NCBI GenBank assembly: GCA_965644265.1
Contig: OZ286459.1
Location: 85,870,001-85,934,000 of the forward strand
Source: Glycera tridactyla
Lineage: Eukaryota
Length of the DNA stretch: 64,000 nucleotides
Direction of reading: 5' to 3'
In this document: in pieces, positions 24,801 to 38,736 of the stretch
Position numbering within the stretch: position 1 is the stretch's first letter
Layout of the letters: the number at the start of each line of letters is the position of its first letter
The notes under the pieces: generated by a model
Told to the model about the DNA's origin: nothing
The model's database searches: none
Seen by the model: only the letters and a program-made list of their open reading frames with translations
Made by a program: the position numbers and the translations under genes

Positions 24801-27091
24801 TAACACCAGATATCCTCCTGTAAACATGCTTGTTGATTGGTCGTTCCGAGTGATGAAGATTTTCTGGCGAACGAATCAGCAAGGTTGCGTTCTCAAAAAC
24901 TGAGTTTTGATATCCTCGAGATACTCCATTACCTGGCAATATCAGAATTTGTATCAGTTCACCCTAGTCTGATCATGAAACCCAATACACAACACTCCAA
25001 GAGTTTGATACTAGTAACTTGTTTCTGTCGGGCACAGTATACCAAATATCTTGTGACAGAAGAATATCATGCATACATGTCCAGTTCAATCAGGAGCATT
25101 ACCTCCAAATCCTCATGGATTTGATCGAAGAGTCGGATGAGCCGTATTGTCGTAGACGTGCCAGCAGTGGTGGGGGATTTGTTAGACATCCGACCAGGAT
25201 ATGTTGAGCTGGCTGGATTGATACCCACACCAGAGTAAGGTCAGATAGACCAAGATGAGTGCTTGATTCACATATGCTGACACACCCACGTAAACACATG
25301 GGAGTGATATAACTGGTATCACAAGGTGTAGATATGATTGGGAGTGCAAATGAGAAGGATCATTTGTGTTCATCACGATCCCAGCGGATCAGAATAAGAT
25401 TAATGAGTTCGAGTATTTATTACTCTGGTCCCAATACAACGTGGCAATCCTAATCAAGAGCCATCTAGTGATTATATACACCGATGATTGTCTCCATGTT
25501 ACAGTGACCCGTTGTAGGTAGAAATCTTCATTCGACTCGTTTTACAAGTCTCTTCTGCATTTCTGATCTGGGGCCTGAGTCAGTTGATAGCATGTGACCA
25601 ACCCAAAATCTCATGATCAACTCTCAAATATTCCAAAACTCTTGGTACTATATGACGTCACTCTCTATTCCTATTCGTATTTTATGCTGGGAATCAAAGC
25701 TTGTTGTTGAGTACTGTAAGGATCTCGTGCAGACATTTCAGGTTCAAAAGTGTGGAGCTCGGATTCATAATTGCAAACCGTGTGTTCTAACCGTCATTAA
25801 ACGTATAATACATTTCTGAAGATTTTGAGAAAATGAGCAGTGGAGGATGTGTTAAATTAGGATATACAGTTGAATCTGTTCTTAGCATCCACCCTTTTGG
25901 AATTCAACAAGAGGCTGCGTGAGTCAGGCGACTATTTGGAGCAAATGAATTATAGTGCAAACACCTCCAATGGCTTATTCAGATGTGGCTGCTGAGGGCA
26001 AGTGGCTGCTTAGTACAATGACTGCTTAGGACGGGTTAGACTGCACCTACGTATTTGCCTTCAATAGAATGTTGTTCAGGAATAGGACTACTGAAACGAG
26101 CTGCGCTGTTTGTTCCTAGTGTTCCTCATTTATAATGGCCTGTCAGTGGACAGTGGAGGGTAGACATAATTACATCATGCTCATATGTGGAAGGAGTATG
26201 AATCTGGAAAGGATTTTTATACTTGAGATCAGTGACAGAAGCTTGATATACATAAAGAATGTCGAACAGAAATATGGTAATTGTTATCCGATACCCTTGA
26301 AGACGGCGGTGTTTATGTGAATGTGAATCATTTTTCAAGCAATGCACTATGTAAATTTATTCGGATTATTCATTTTCCGGCTATATATCTTTTTGATGTC
26401 AGAGAATCCCTAGCGGCATCCATATGACGTACTGCTGAACATGGCATATGGAATTGTATATGGCATTGAGCCCAAAAAAGAGACAGGAATCCCAGATTGC
26501 TGCAAATTGTTCGTGTTGCATTTAATCATGTTCCTCTCAGATTAATTGCTTGGTATATGATTCGATTCGCGAAATATAAGGACAAGGTAATGCCAGTGCT
26601 TATTCATATCATTGCCTCGAAATAACCCCTTGATTAATCATGTACCATGAAAACTTCGCAAGGAGTAAATTAGCTTCGAGTAAGTTCTCTATCGATTACA
26701 TGCCATAATAATCCGTGGATCACGATTGAAAAATGTTCGGTCGTATCACATTTGTCGGGTAGCCAGCAGTGTATGGCGTGCCGTTGTTGGTATTCAGACG
26801 AGGTGCCATAATCTTTTTACCATATGTAATTGGTTTCTATGTGATATATGGCGAGACGATGTACGCCCCGATTGCATTATCCGTTGCCATTTGGTAAGCA
26901 CCCCATTTCCCATCCTGGCGAATGGTCACATTATTCTATAGAACATATCCTCATGGGGAAGCTCCTGTTTACTCAAATATTCAGTTTCTTTTCGAATCTT
27001 ATATCCCAAACATGCTGTAACATGCTTGTAATGATATTGTATCATCAAGCAAACACACTTTAATTATTTCTATTGTACTTTATGACAACTT

Positions 27092-27094
<3 letters not shown>

Positions 27095-27141
<47 letters not shown>

Positions 27142-27374
27142 ACTGAATGCATTATGCATTCGTATTTTGGCATTGTCAAACTCTGTGGGTTTAGGAGATG
27201 TGGACAGGATACATTCCTGTGGAAGAATGAAGCTTTTGAAGTCATCAAAGTCTTTTGAAGCCTTGATGAAAATTTGAACCCATTCCAATTTGAGTCAATT
27301 TCGCCTTCATAGATATTGTGAAAGTACGATGAGAACGCATAATGTTCCCACCATGATCGAACGATCTGTCTGTC

Positions 27375-27415
<41 letters not shown>

Positions 27416-27448
27416 TATCTGTCTGTCAGTCTGTCTGTTATCTGTCTG
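27095..27448. repeat. (TA)n at about 27095-27139 and (TCTG)n at about 27365-27448, next to an N gap
   Basis: Direct inspection. Confidence 0.95.
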
Positions 27449-29569
27449 NNNNNNNNNNNNNNNNNNNNNNNNNNNNNNNNNNNNNNNNNNNNNNNNNNNN
27501 NNNNNNNNNNNNNNNNNNNNNNNNNNNNNNNNNNNNNNNNNNNNNNNNNNNNNNNNNNNNNNNNNNNNNNNNNNNNNNNNNNNNNNNNNNNNNNNNNNNN
27601 NNNNNNNNNNNNNNNNNNNNNNNNNNNNNNNNNNNNNNNNNNNNNNNNNNNNNNNNNNNNNNNNNNNNNNNNNNNNNNNNNNNNNNNNNNNNNNNNNNNN
27701 NNNNNNNNNNNNNNNNNNNNNNNNNNNNNNNNNNNNNNNNNNCTCTGCCTCTCTCTCACTTTCCCTCTTTCTATCTCTCTCCATCTCTACCCTGTGAACA
27801 TGGAACCTTCGAGGTGTCATAACAGACTGCACTTACCGAGATAGGACTGTGACTGCTCCTATACCGCCATGCATATCACCAGGGAAATCCAGATTGACAG
27901 ATGCTTGTCGCCATCACTTGCAGATACCGGTTGGACTTTTCATGACAAAGATCAGTCTGGGTTCTATATCATTGTATTGTTTTCGAGCTGCTATCGGACA
28001 GCCACTTTCATAATCAAACATGCGTATCATCAGCTCACACAAGTAAGGATGCCTCCTCAGTGAATTATCTAGTGATAAGAAACAGTCAAATGAATTTGGA
28101 ATGATGTATCACTCGACTGGATATGATGCATGTATAAGATAGGATATGATGAGAAATTGTTTCATTGCATAAGTGAAACAGAACATATCCACACTTGACT
28201 CCGAGAGGTCATATCACAAGCTTATGCAAGACAAACGATATATACATGTAAACGCGAACTTGAGACCATGACATTTACATCAATGAACAATCAAATAAAC
28301 ACACAAACTATGTATCACATGCACACCTCCACTAAAATGGTTTGAAGAATTTCTAAAATACAAGAAATTAAAATGAATGAGATGTGAAGAAGGGTTACAC
28401 GATTTGGGAAATATAACCTTAGGACTTTCGACCAATCGGGTTCTCATGTACCACTTGAAAAGATGACTAATTCAGCATACGGCACCGCAGACCCCTTGTC
28501 ATTCTGAAAATCAAGGATAGGCAACGTATCTCGCTGGATACCATTGAGAATGAGATACACATATTCCAAATAAACCTGCCCCGGCATTCCAGAACTTATT
28601 CAAACTAATCGTCGTCAGGTCTACTACGCATTCTTACGTTGACCTGCTGAAGAAATAGACCTTGAATATGTGAAACCTACTAAGGGGAAAGACCTAAAAT
28701 ATGAGAAATACTAATCATCAAACATGAAGCTGTTCATTTCCCCGGAGGCTGGCTGGTTGTTTCACGCCCCATGAGCAACATTCGGGCAATATTGAAACGC
28801 CCATGCAATGGGCGTGGATCGGATCATTCAGGACCACGCCTGCTCAAGTCGGCAATGCAGTTGTAGCTGATAACAGAAATAAATATCGCGAACTGGTCCC
28901 TGATGGAAGGTGAATAAATATGGAATTTACAGACACTCAAGGTGTTTCATATAAGGATTACACGGTGTGCTACATGACTATAGTTCAATCCATTACAATG
29001 TATTCACTTCAAACAAATTGAGCGTTTCTGAATAACGAAATGGGTTACTGATAGTCACTGATGAGTTCACCGTCAGTCTGTCATTATGATTGAGCCATTC
29101 ATTATGAGGAACACGACAAACATTATCCGTAAAACTACTATTCGAGGGCAAAATACTGCTTCCGAATTGCCATTTATAGTTCCAACGAGACATGCCTGGA
29201 AAGAAGCATCAAGGTGCACTGTTTGCAAATCTTTAGATGGTCCAAAATTCACTATATTCAAGGGGCGTTAATGTGGCATGTTGTAAAATGTAGGCATGAA
29301 GAATAACATGATATCGTTTGGACTGATTATTAGGTATGAAACACGTCTTGATCATTTCCAATGAAAATGAATCCAATGAATCACCCGTCGGAATTTCTGA
29401 TTTGAATCGTACAAGTGTCATGGCTGGAGTATATACGTTCTCAGAACATTTGATCAGGCAATTTGATAGCAATCACCAGCACCTCGCAAAACTCATCCAA
29501 CAAAGCCACCAACCGTCTTTCCCTCATTTCACAAAAATGCGTGTAAAACAGCCTTACCCTATATAGAGA

Positions 29570-31075
29570 GAAAACCCATGTCACCGGGATCACCCCCATC
29601 CATCTACCAAAATCCTAGTGCCTATCCAATAAGGTGAAACTTCGTAACTCCCTCATTCCTTACTCAAAGAACTGCAGATATTTAGTTATAGACCATGGAC
29701 TCATGCTGGTGGACCATGCCACACATATCAGAGAAAGATCAGAAAAAGGACTCAACATACTCAAGCTTATTAGCAGCACAAAATGTGCCTGCAACCAGAA
29801 AACGATGACTCTTTTCTACCAAGCCAGCATTAGGTCCATCCTAGAATATGCAGCAGCAGCAACTTCCCTCCCTCCCAGAACATCTTTCATGTCTCCCAGA
29901 TCATTCAGAATATACCACTGACCCTGATACAAAATGTATCTAGAACAGCCGATACCTTAGCAGTTCACCGAGCATTTCCAATACCTTGATGTGACGATCC
30001 TTCACCAATTAACAGGTACCCCCTCCGACAACCCTCCAGCAGATACTCCTACAAGCCGAACCCAGTCTGAGCCATTTCACTAAACAAATGCCGAACATCT
30101 GGTCCCTGCGAGCCATACACACTCTCTACTTCAAATCCCACTCAAAGAATCTTGGGGAGTTCATGGCTCCCTTTCAGCTCATGAACCCTCCTATCCCACC
30201 TGGAAGGAACCCCTACTTCAAACAGTAATCATGCAACTCCCTACTTCCAAATCCTCTCTCTGGCTCAAACCCCATCGACCTTCATATAGTTCTTGATGCA
30301 GTCCACCACTACAGCAATAGATCCATAGACTCTGAACCCGGTAGGGCTTCTCGTGCTCTCACCTCCGCTCAAAATGAAAAAGCTGACAGGGTCTCCAGTG
30401 GATCTTCCACCCTACAAACAGAACTAGGTGCCCTCCTTCTAGCACTCAGGGACATCCACCTCCTACACGACCCAACCAAGAAATATATCATTTTCACAAA
30501 CTCCCTCAATGGCATCATTTGATTTGAAAGAGATTATGGCTCCCCCCCCCCTATGTTGCAACATCCTGTCAATAGCTCAAGAGATTATACCACCCTATTC
30601 TGGGTCCCAAGTCACGTAGGCATCCTTGGAAATGATAGGGCAGACTGACTAGCCAATTTAGCCCGGAACATTTTGACAATCAGCATAGACATTCCTTGGT
30701 CCACCTCCAGAGTCATAGCTGAACTGGCTGAAATTTTGGAAGCCAACTCTGACCAGAAATTACATGCAGAAACCAGAGAAAGTAAGACCCTCAAATGGCT
30801 TGAGTATCGGAGTTCTAACCCTGGCACAATCCACCACACCTGTGCCGCTCCCTGATAGGCCAAATAAACAGACTCCGCCGGAATATCGTTCCCACATTAG
30901 ACTCCGATATCCCCCACCTGCAAACATTGCAACGAAGCTCGCATGTCTCCATCTCATCACCTTGGTGCTGGCTCCGCTCTTCTACCTCACATCGTAAACC
31001 TAGCATATAGCCTGCATTAAATCCAGGGCTACCTCCTCCCGAGCTAGCCACAAAAATACTCAAAAAGGTACTATA
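29570..31075 (+). mobile_element. Decayed 3' fragment of an I-group LINE (RT thumb, RNase H, C-terminal zinc finger)
   Basis: RYL..D.GL..H..HIRERSEKGLNILKLIS...FYQASIRSILEY (thumb). SSTLQTELGALLLAL, IIFTNSL and FWVPSHVGILGNDRAD (RNase H). CKHC...HHL (zinc finger remnant). Multiple stops and frameshifts. Confidence 0.85.
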
Positions 31076-31384
31076 CAACCAGAGTCACCCTTCAAATACC
31101 TTCAAATGAAGCGGTACTCTGCCAGATGAATGAATGTACAGTGCAAATGACACCTGATCTCTGCACTTTCCCTTTGGTTTCCTCCTCAACCTGTCACCTC
31201 ATGTCTCTGGCCGCTGGTTCGGGTACCGTAGGTGCTGGCAGCAAGACTATTTGTACTATCAATTCTCACACTATACACTCCCCACGCACATTTGCGCTGA
31301 TCCTACACAGGCCTAGCCATGTTACGTTCGAATGGGGTCCCCACTCGAACTCTTTCATTGACACACAGTAACTCATACATACTA

Positions 31385-31955
31385 ATCCCGGGGACCTACA
31401 TTTCAAAAAACTACCCAGTGCAACATATTTCCCAGTAGTGAGATCAGGGGTCAGTATATAGAGTCTCCTATACACCTATACTTCCTACCCCCCCCCCCCC
31501 TCCTCCTTACATAAAGTTCCGGGACCTACATTTCAAATAACTACTCAACTAGTAGACGGCCTCACACATAGGAATTTTGCAGGGTAATTTTTTTTCCACT
31601 TTTTCTATGTCAGGGGACAGTACCCGACCCCCCCCCCCCCCACTACCACTAATACTCCCCCTTACATATTGTCCCGGGGACCTACATTTTAAATAACTAC
31701 CTCACTAGTAGAAGTCTAGACACATGAAAATCTTCGTAGGTACTTCTTCCTGGGGACCTACATTTTGTGATGCATCCAATGTTTATAGGGACTTGTAGGG
31801 ACCCCCTCCCTACCTTCCACAAACTCATCAACACTCAAATCTTCCTTTCCTACATACATACAACCCTGAATGGACTTTTCTTTTCAAATTTGCTCCCTCC
31901 TGACCATGCCCCCTATATATAGTACCAGGGACCTACACTTTAAATAACCACTTTC
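31385..31955. repeat. Irregular minisatellite: five copies of ggggacctaca(t/c)tt..aa.taac separated by poly-C and AT-rich spacers
   Basis: Copies near 31388, 31519, 31675, 31751 and 31927. Confidence 0.8.
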
Positions 31956-32494
31956 TCTTTCGGCATTGCAAATACTAATGCATCACAGACATTCCTGTTT
32001 TTGTGATGCATACAGCATCTTCAAGCGCAGGTCAGAACTCGACCTTTTTACCAACTCTAGTGGTCAACACCTGGTTAAGGTCAGAGGCCATCACTGAGCT
32101 GAGATGTCAACTCTCCTCCATGCGGGGGTCAGTACACGAAAGGGGACTTTCTCGTAACTCTAGTGGTCAGTACCCAATTAGGTTCAGGGTCCATCACTGA
32201 GGTGGATCCATAAATATATTTTTCAGACTAGATGTCAAATGCCAGTAGTATTTGTGATTAGTTTCGCGAAAACATATGGCGAGGTGGGGCGAAGGTGTAT
32301 TGAATTACCCTTTACTATAGATTTTCCAAGTAGGTGCAGTTTAATATTTTTGGCACAAGTTTATATCCATCTATGATGCATCCAGCCAGACCTTTTGGGT
32401 GCCTAGTCAAGGTCCTTCAGATACCTTATTCCGTTTATCATTGCTTTCTCGTTCTTCATCATGGGGGCAAGAAGTACACGTGAAGATGTAAATA

Positions 32495-32546
32495 AACAAG
32501 GCATAAATGCACAAAAGGCTCGCATGCACGCCGCTTGTCGAAAGGG

Positions 32547-32613
<67 letters not shown>

Positions 32614-33558
32614 ATGTGTGTGTGTGTGCCCCACCACCGCACCCTTCCGCCACTCCCCCACCCCATCCCACCAATCCCCCACCCTCTCCCTCACACACAC
32701 ACACCCAACCCCATATCTGCAGCCCACCTCCACCCATCTTCCCCACCCCCATACCTACTGCTACCCATCCCTGGCCCTTACCCCCTTCCCCCCCCCACCC
32801 GGAACCAACCAACCAATCCCCACCACCCCTCCCCCACACCCACCACAGAACTCACCCCACCAATCACCCATCCCCAGCCCCCCCCCCTCCCCCGCCCAAC
32901 ACTTCCCCTCAACCGTGGCCCCAACCCCACCCATACATGTGTATGTATAAGAAAGTGAAATGAGGTCCATCTATACTGTGCTCGAGGGAGCAAATAATCG
33001 GATATGCATACTAGTGTATGTATGACAAAGTGAACTTTGGTCCATCTATTTATACAGTGCTTGATGTAGCAGTTGGTGCATGAAACTGATTAGACGATTA
33101 TGTAACAGAGCCAGAACAATAGAGTCACCGGGAGAGCCTTCCCCAACAATGAAAGGACAGGCGGAGAATCATGTAGATTTCCGTGGTGTCTTATGCAACT
33201 CAGGCAGAATGAATGGGTCCAGCTGTCTCAATAAATTCCAAACTCACAAATAAAAAGTCTTCTTTTCCCTCAGAATTTCCCACCTATATGAGATGGATTA
33301 TGAAAAAGAATGCCTCCATCATGTTGTCCGATTACTGATTCATATGTATACCAAATTTCAAGAATGTAGGTGCAATATTAGCCGAGTGGGGCTTCAAAGA
33401 AAAACTTTAACCAAAACCTTAACCTCAGACCTTCGAGCCGGACGGCCGGCCGGCCGGACGGCCAGACAGCCAGACGGCCGGACGGCCGGACGGCCGGACG
33501 GCCGGACCAACTGCGTGATTACAAAGACTCGCATTTAGCTTCGCATGCGAGCCAAAAA
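32495..33558 (+). mobile_element. Non-autonomous Helentron-associated (HINE/pearl/DINE-1-like) element
   Basis: Starts aacaag. Subterminal inverted repeat ggctcgcatg (32517-32526) / catgcgagcc (33544-33553). 3' hairpin ctcgcat...atgcgag followed by aaaaa. Internal (GT)n, C-rich and (GGACGGCC)n tracts. Confidence 0.65.
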
Positions 33559-35131
33559 GGAAACTACACTGACGAAAATGATGAATATTTTGGCATGTTT
33601 TGGATTGGAATTGAGGGTCGGGATCTATCAGATACCCACTTACTCATACAATGCGACATGGCCAGATGAGACATGATAGCATTGCCTCAACTAATGGATA
33701 GCGGACTTGACATCTGAGGTTGAATTATTGAGAAACGTATCTATCTTTCATAGCTCATGTCACCTGGACCTAATGAAGTATGGGAAGGCCAGGTGTGTCC
33801 TCATAACTTTTGATGAGGTCACGTATATCGTTGGTCCAGTCATTTCCTATATGTGTGGATTTATTTGACATTTCAAACGCAGATAATCTCGTATGTGCTC
33901 TTAGGAATTGTCCACCCAAATAAATAAATACATAGAAAGGTGCAATCACTTGGACATGTGAATATGGTGGTGCTGCTGATGGTGCTGGTGACTGGTGATA
34001 GTGGTGGTTATTATGGTTTCCATCCTTCAAAGCCAAGCTAAAAATTCGTTCATCTGTCATGAATCTCGTATAGGACCGGTATTGATACTCTCACTTCTTG
34101 TCCTATCTTTATCACGATTATCACATTTTGTTTGGATATGATTCTACGTGCTTCTCTGCATCCAATATGATCATGAGTCATCCTCATCGGCATGTCTGAC
34201 CGATTAGTTGCGAAAATTGTATTGTATACATCTCACATGCTTGAGATGTGACTAGTACAGAATTGATCAATACATCCTCTTTTTCAATGAGGGAGATGAG
34301 AGAGAATTATCATTGCTCAGGGATCTTCAGCGTTATGTTACAAACTCAGAGAATCACCCTTTATGAAAAGGCATGCATATCTCCTGTAAAGTCATCAAGT
34401 AAATCAAGGGTCACTGTTATTTCCACAAATCGTCACCAGGTGCCACTCTGACCAATAGACCCTCACTGAATTGCTAATGTCTATACAATTGGTATCAATC
34501 TACGTGCAGGTGTGTACGAACAGCAAGGAAAACTATCTAAAAAGATTGAACCATTCGCGAATCCGATATGGACATATGGTGTCATCATCCAGGCATGAGT
34601 AGCAAGAGCATGAGAAAGCATATTCACTGAAAATCCATGGACGGGTATACTACCTGATGTTCGATAAACTGATCAAATCAATCTCTCGGACACATGATAC
34701 TGTCATTTCTCGGCTTCGTTACATCAGGGATATGTGGTGGATTTACTGCATCAGACCATTCCTCAGTGACTATTCACATAGATTGGCATGATGAGAGAGC
34801 CTGGCCACTGACTGCCTATGATGCAGATCATTGCGATATCAACCTGGTCCTGTTTTCACAGTAGTTATGCCCGGGGCTTCCGTCATCCATTTCGCTGAGA
34901 GCAACACTCAATCACTCATTCACAAACATAATATATTATGAGGTGTCACTCTAATTTTTCACGAAACGACTCACTGATGAATCACTTCGAATACATGATC
35001 AGTAGTTTTCTCAATGGGGTGAAAAAAGAGAAATCGATATTTCATTAACCCTTCACTAAATATGAGGATGAAACTATTCGGAAAGACGAAGCTGCGATCA
35101 GTGATCGCTGTTATCATCGCTTATTTTCAAG

Positions 35132-38100
35132 ATGGCGGCGCCCATGCATCCAGGGACATTCAGGTGTTTGGCGAATTTGAAGTTCCGACCTTTGTCTCCT
35201 TCAGATGCATGCAGCTATACCTACACCTTATTCCCAACATGAATAAAAAAAACAAGAAACGAGACCATATATACAAAGCAGAGACCGAAAGGTCAAAGAT
35301 GTGAATTCGTATGCATGGGTCTGGATTGCTTTCGATCTTCGAAGTCTTGCTGCTGCGCTTATTCCAGGCTGACATTTGTAATCTTGATAGGGCACAAGTC
35401 TCTACATGGGGCTGAATTTCAGATCCCCATTCCTTTGTGTTTGCGCACGGCTGTGTATTTGTGAGAATAGAGGGGGGATTCCTTGGGTCCGGTTTTTTGG
35501 CCTGTGAGATGTTAATGAAACACAATTCATTCCATCAAATGATCTCATGGAATCACACCTGACCTCGGACCATTGTTTCCAGACCCGAGATAAATACACA
35601 CACCAGGCCGTTGAGATGTGTGATCCATGCCGATTCACGTCGTTCGCGCCCAACACTACTGTAGCCCAGATCTTCCAGAGGGCTCATATTCTAGTACTGA
35701 TTCTCATTGCTCGTCTTTGCACCTCTTTCGAAGACATTCATCTTATTATTAGCTTCGCCGGTTCTTTTACATTCATGACAATTATACAAGCCAGCTGTCC
35801 TCACACCTCCCGTGTGGTCACACGTCGTATGACTAGCTGCAGTGGCAGCGCTCTCATATCAGGGTCAAGTGCGAAGTTATCACCATTACAGCTTGCAGCA
35901 TTCTAAAATAGGCAGCAGCGATCATGAAGCAGTGCTTTGTACGTTGGGCAGAATTTCCCCGTAGGAACAAATGTCGGATTGTGGTCTAGTTGACACTCCA
36001 CATCGATGTGGGAGGTGGGAATGATGCAAATTGAAGTTAATGAAGCTTTCACCATGGCAACAGTTCCGGCACTATACGCAATGTCAAACTTCCAATGATG
36101 GGGCACCCTCTCATTTCGAAAATGCAAAACTTGTCTTATTGTTAAGAGTGCAATGATGATACAATTCAGATTGTCCAAAAAGTGTCCTGGTTCGGAATTG
36201 GTATCACCAAATGAAGTGTATGAATTCGGGTATCATTCGTCCTCACATCGCTAATAGATCAATCAGGAATCATAATTGTTCTAAAATCACATTTGCACAT
36301 TTTGCGATAGTGGTTTAGATTTGCACAGTCCAAAAATATACAACTAAGGGTGAATCATGACAAAGTATGCTGCATGAGTTTATATTCTGTTCATTTTGTA
36401 TCGCGTCGGTAACTGCACTACTATTACACAGTACAATGACGATGAGACCTGAAACTCTATCTCCGTGCCATGACATAGAAAAGTTTAGTTTGAGTGTAAT
36501 AGCTGAATGGACATGATCAACTCCATAATCAAATACGAACAGAGAAGAATGACTTGAACATTTTGCGGGGAGATATCCCACCGAGACAGCTGAAAGACTC
36601 TTTCTCTCTCTGTTTGACGAATGAATGGCCGTGATCCAGATTTATTGAGAGCGGACGTCAGATTGTGCCCATGGCTGATACAGCTTCCGGTATATCGGCC
36701 AGGGAGGTGGACACAAGCCTATGCCCCCTGACAGGGAATGGAAGCCGATACGACTTCCTCTCCTGTCGAACTTCGCATGGATTGTTTCAAAAGAAGACCT
36801 TGAAGAACTCCGCCTGCTAAAGGTCAGTCACATCTGCAAACCTACGATTACGTGAACAATTCCCAAAACTTATGAATCTGAACTGTCAATTACGGGCAAC
36901 TAATCGCAAACCGGGCTTGAAAGGTTGGCCTGTATTCTCAGTAGAGGCAATATTCCATTACATTGAAAAAAATAGAAAGTCCTGGTGGGCGTACGAATCG
37001 TGATATCTGATGAGTTTGGATGGCACTGATAACACGGCAAAATCTGATCAAATCAATTCAAACCATAGTACAATGATTATATGCTTGAATATGTTTCTCT
37101 TTGATCATATATTTGCGCTGTACCGTATAAGCATCTCTAATGATTGTCTGATAGAAAGATGCACAGAGTGATGACCGACATCCAGGAGATAGCAGAGGAC
37201 TCGATCGATATGAATGACTGATAACAGGAACGCGTGACACAAGCGCGACAGGTGCGAGTGGCTGTTCCACCACTGAACACAAACAGTTCAGCATCGTCAA
37301 TATATTGATCAGATACGCGATTGAAGTTGGAGTTGCCGGGTTCAGATATTTGACTGGAATTTTCAGAATGAATTCGAAAGCACTGATTGTAAACAGACAT
37401 AAACAGGATACCCCGGGCGGATTTCTGGAGAATGCTTTTTTCTCAATTCTGATGATACCTGGATTGGATCGAGTGAACATGTGAATCACTGCCGACCTTG
37501 TATCTAGGTGCCATCGCTCCTCTCTGAAGGTGGACGGGTTAACGTATTTTATTGGCTTTTCTATTTTATGTGTTAGCAGATGCCCAATCACAGCTCGCGT
37601 GATGAGAATCGCTTATGTCACGTTTTTACCATATTTTTTCTCGTTGGAGATTAGTGCTAAGGGCCCTTTCATGTCTCAGGTCAATCACGAGAGCAAATTG
37701 CATACTCGCAAAGACCCTTGTTTGCTTTCTGCTCCCTAAAATGTGAATGATTATTGATACGAACAAATACTTCATAAATATATGACAGTGATTCATCCGA
37801 GTGTAGCAGGAAAACGGGTCAGTGGTAGGAATTTGCGAGTACAGACAGTGTCAATACCTACATCGACATAATACACAATGTTGCATAAAGATTAGATTTT
37901 ATTTTGTGATACCAACTGGAGATATATGAGATTGAACAATATCAGATATGAGCGGAGGGATTCTGAGAGACAGCAATTTAGAGAAAAATCAATCCTCGGA
38001 GAATACTGAACACACATCATCACATTCTGATCTTTCACCCACATTGGAATCCCTAGTTTCGTTACCTGTGATATCTCGTAGCTCCGCTAAAGCTGTATTG

Positions 38101-38736
38101 TTTGCAATCCACTGTCAATAACCACCTATCCAAAAGCATTCATCCGAACTTTTCACGTTATCTCAAAAACGAAACGCCTTCTTGTCCGCATACATTCGTC
38201 TCCAAATACCTCTCCCCAAATATTTGGCCTACTTGTCAGGGGCTGATTGGTCAATATTTGGACATCTGCCTATGACGAAAACCAGGGGAGTTGAGTCGTG
38301 TTTGTTACCACCTATTCCATCGACAGATAGGAGGAGTTTTCCCTATAGCAAGCTTCATTTCGTTGAACATTGAGTCGACCCTTCAGCGCTTGCGTTCATC
38401 GTGATATTTGATTTGATTTAGGCGATCCGAGAATGGGGATATCGAATCACCCAATGAAGTGCCGGTAAATGGATATTTCAGTGAAGCAGATTCACTAGAA
38501 AGCCAGCGGAAGGAATAACTCATGGAGGTGAGCAGCTGTGACAGAACACTTGGCAACCCTCATGTCATTCGCCTCGTTCAGCCGCTAGATGTCAGTGACA
38601 TCTGGCGTTTCCTGCGCACTTCACGCTGTCCTGACGCCCCTCTTACCATACAATCGTCGATTGACCCAGAAATACCCAGCAAGTATTTTCCCTTAGAATA
38701 CATGCATTTCTCATGGTCACTTCTAGCTTATTTGAG
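35132..38736 (+). CDS. Candidate 5' exons of an unidentified host gene (35132-35163, 36684-36822, 38582-38736)
   Basis: caagATGGCGGCG start and GT-AG boundaries with compatible phases (2 then 0). Joined frame is open: MAAPMHPGTFSFRYIGQGGGHKPMPPDREWKP...SWSLLAYLR. No recognised homology. Confidence 0.33.

Noticed and set aside
32403-32993. Pro-rich and Gly-rich ORFs
   Set aside because: They derive from (GT)n and C-rich low-complexity DNA inside the HINE-like element.
37058-37591. 177-aa minus-strand ORF
   Set aside because: No recognisable motif or splice support; treated as a chance ORF.
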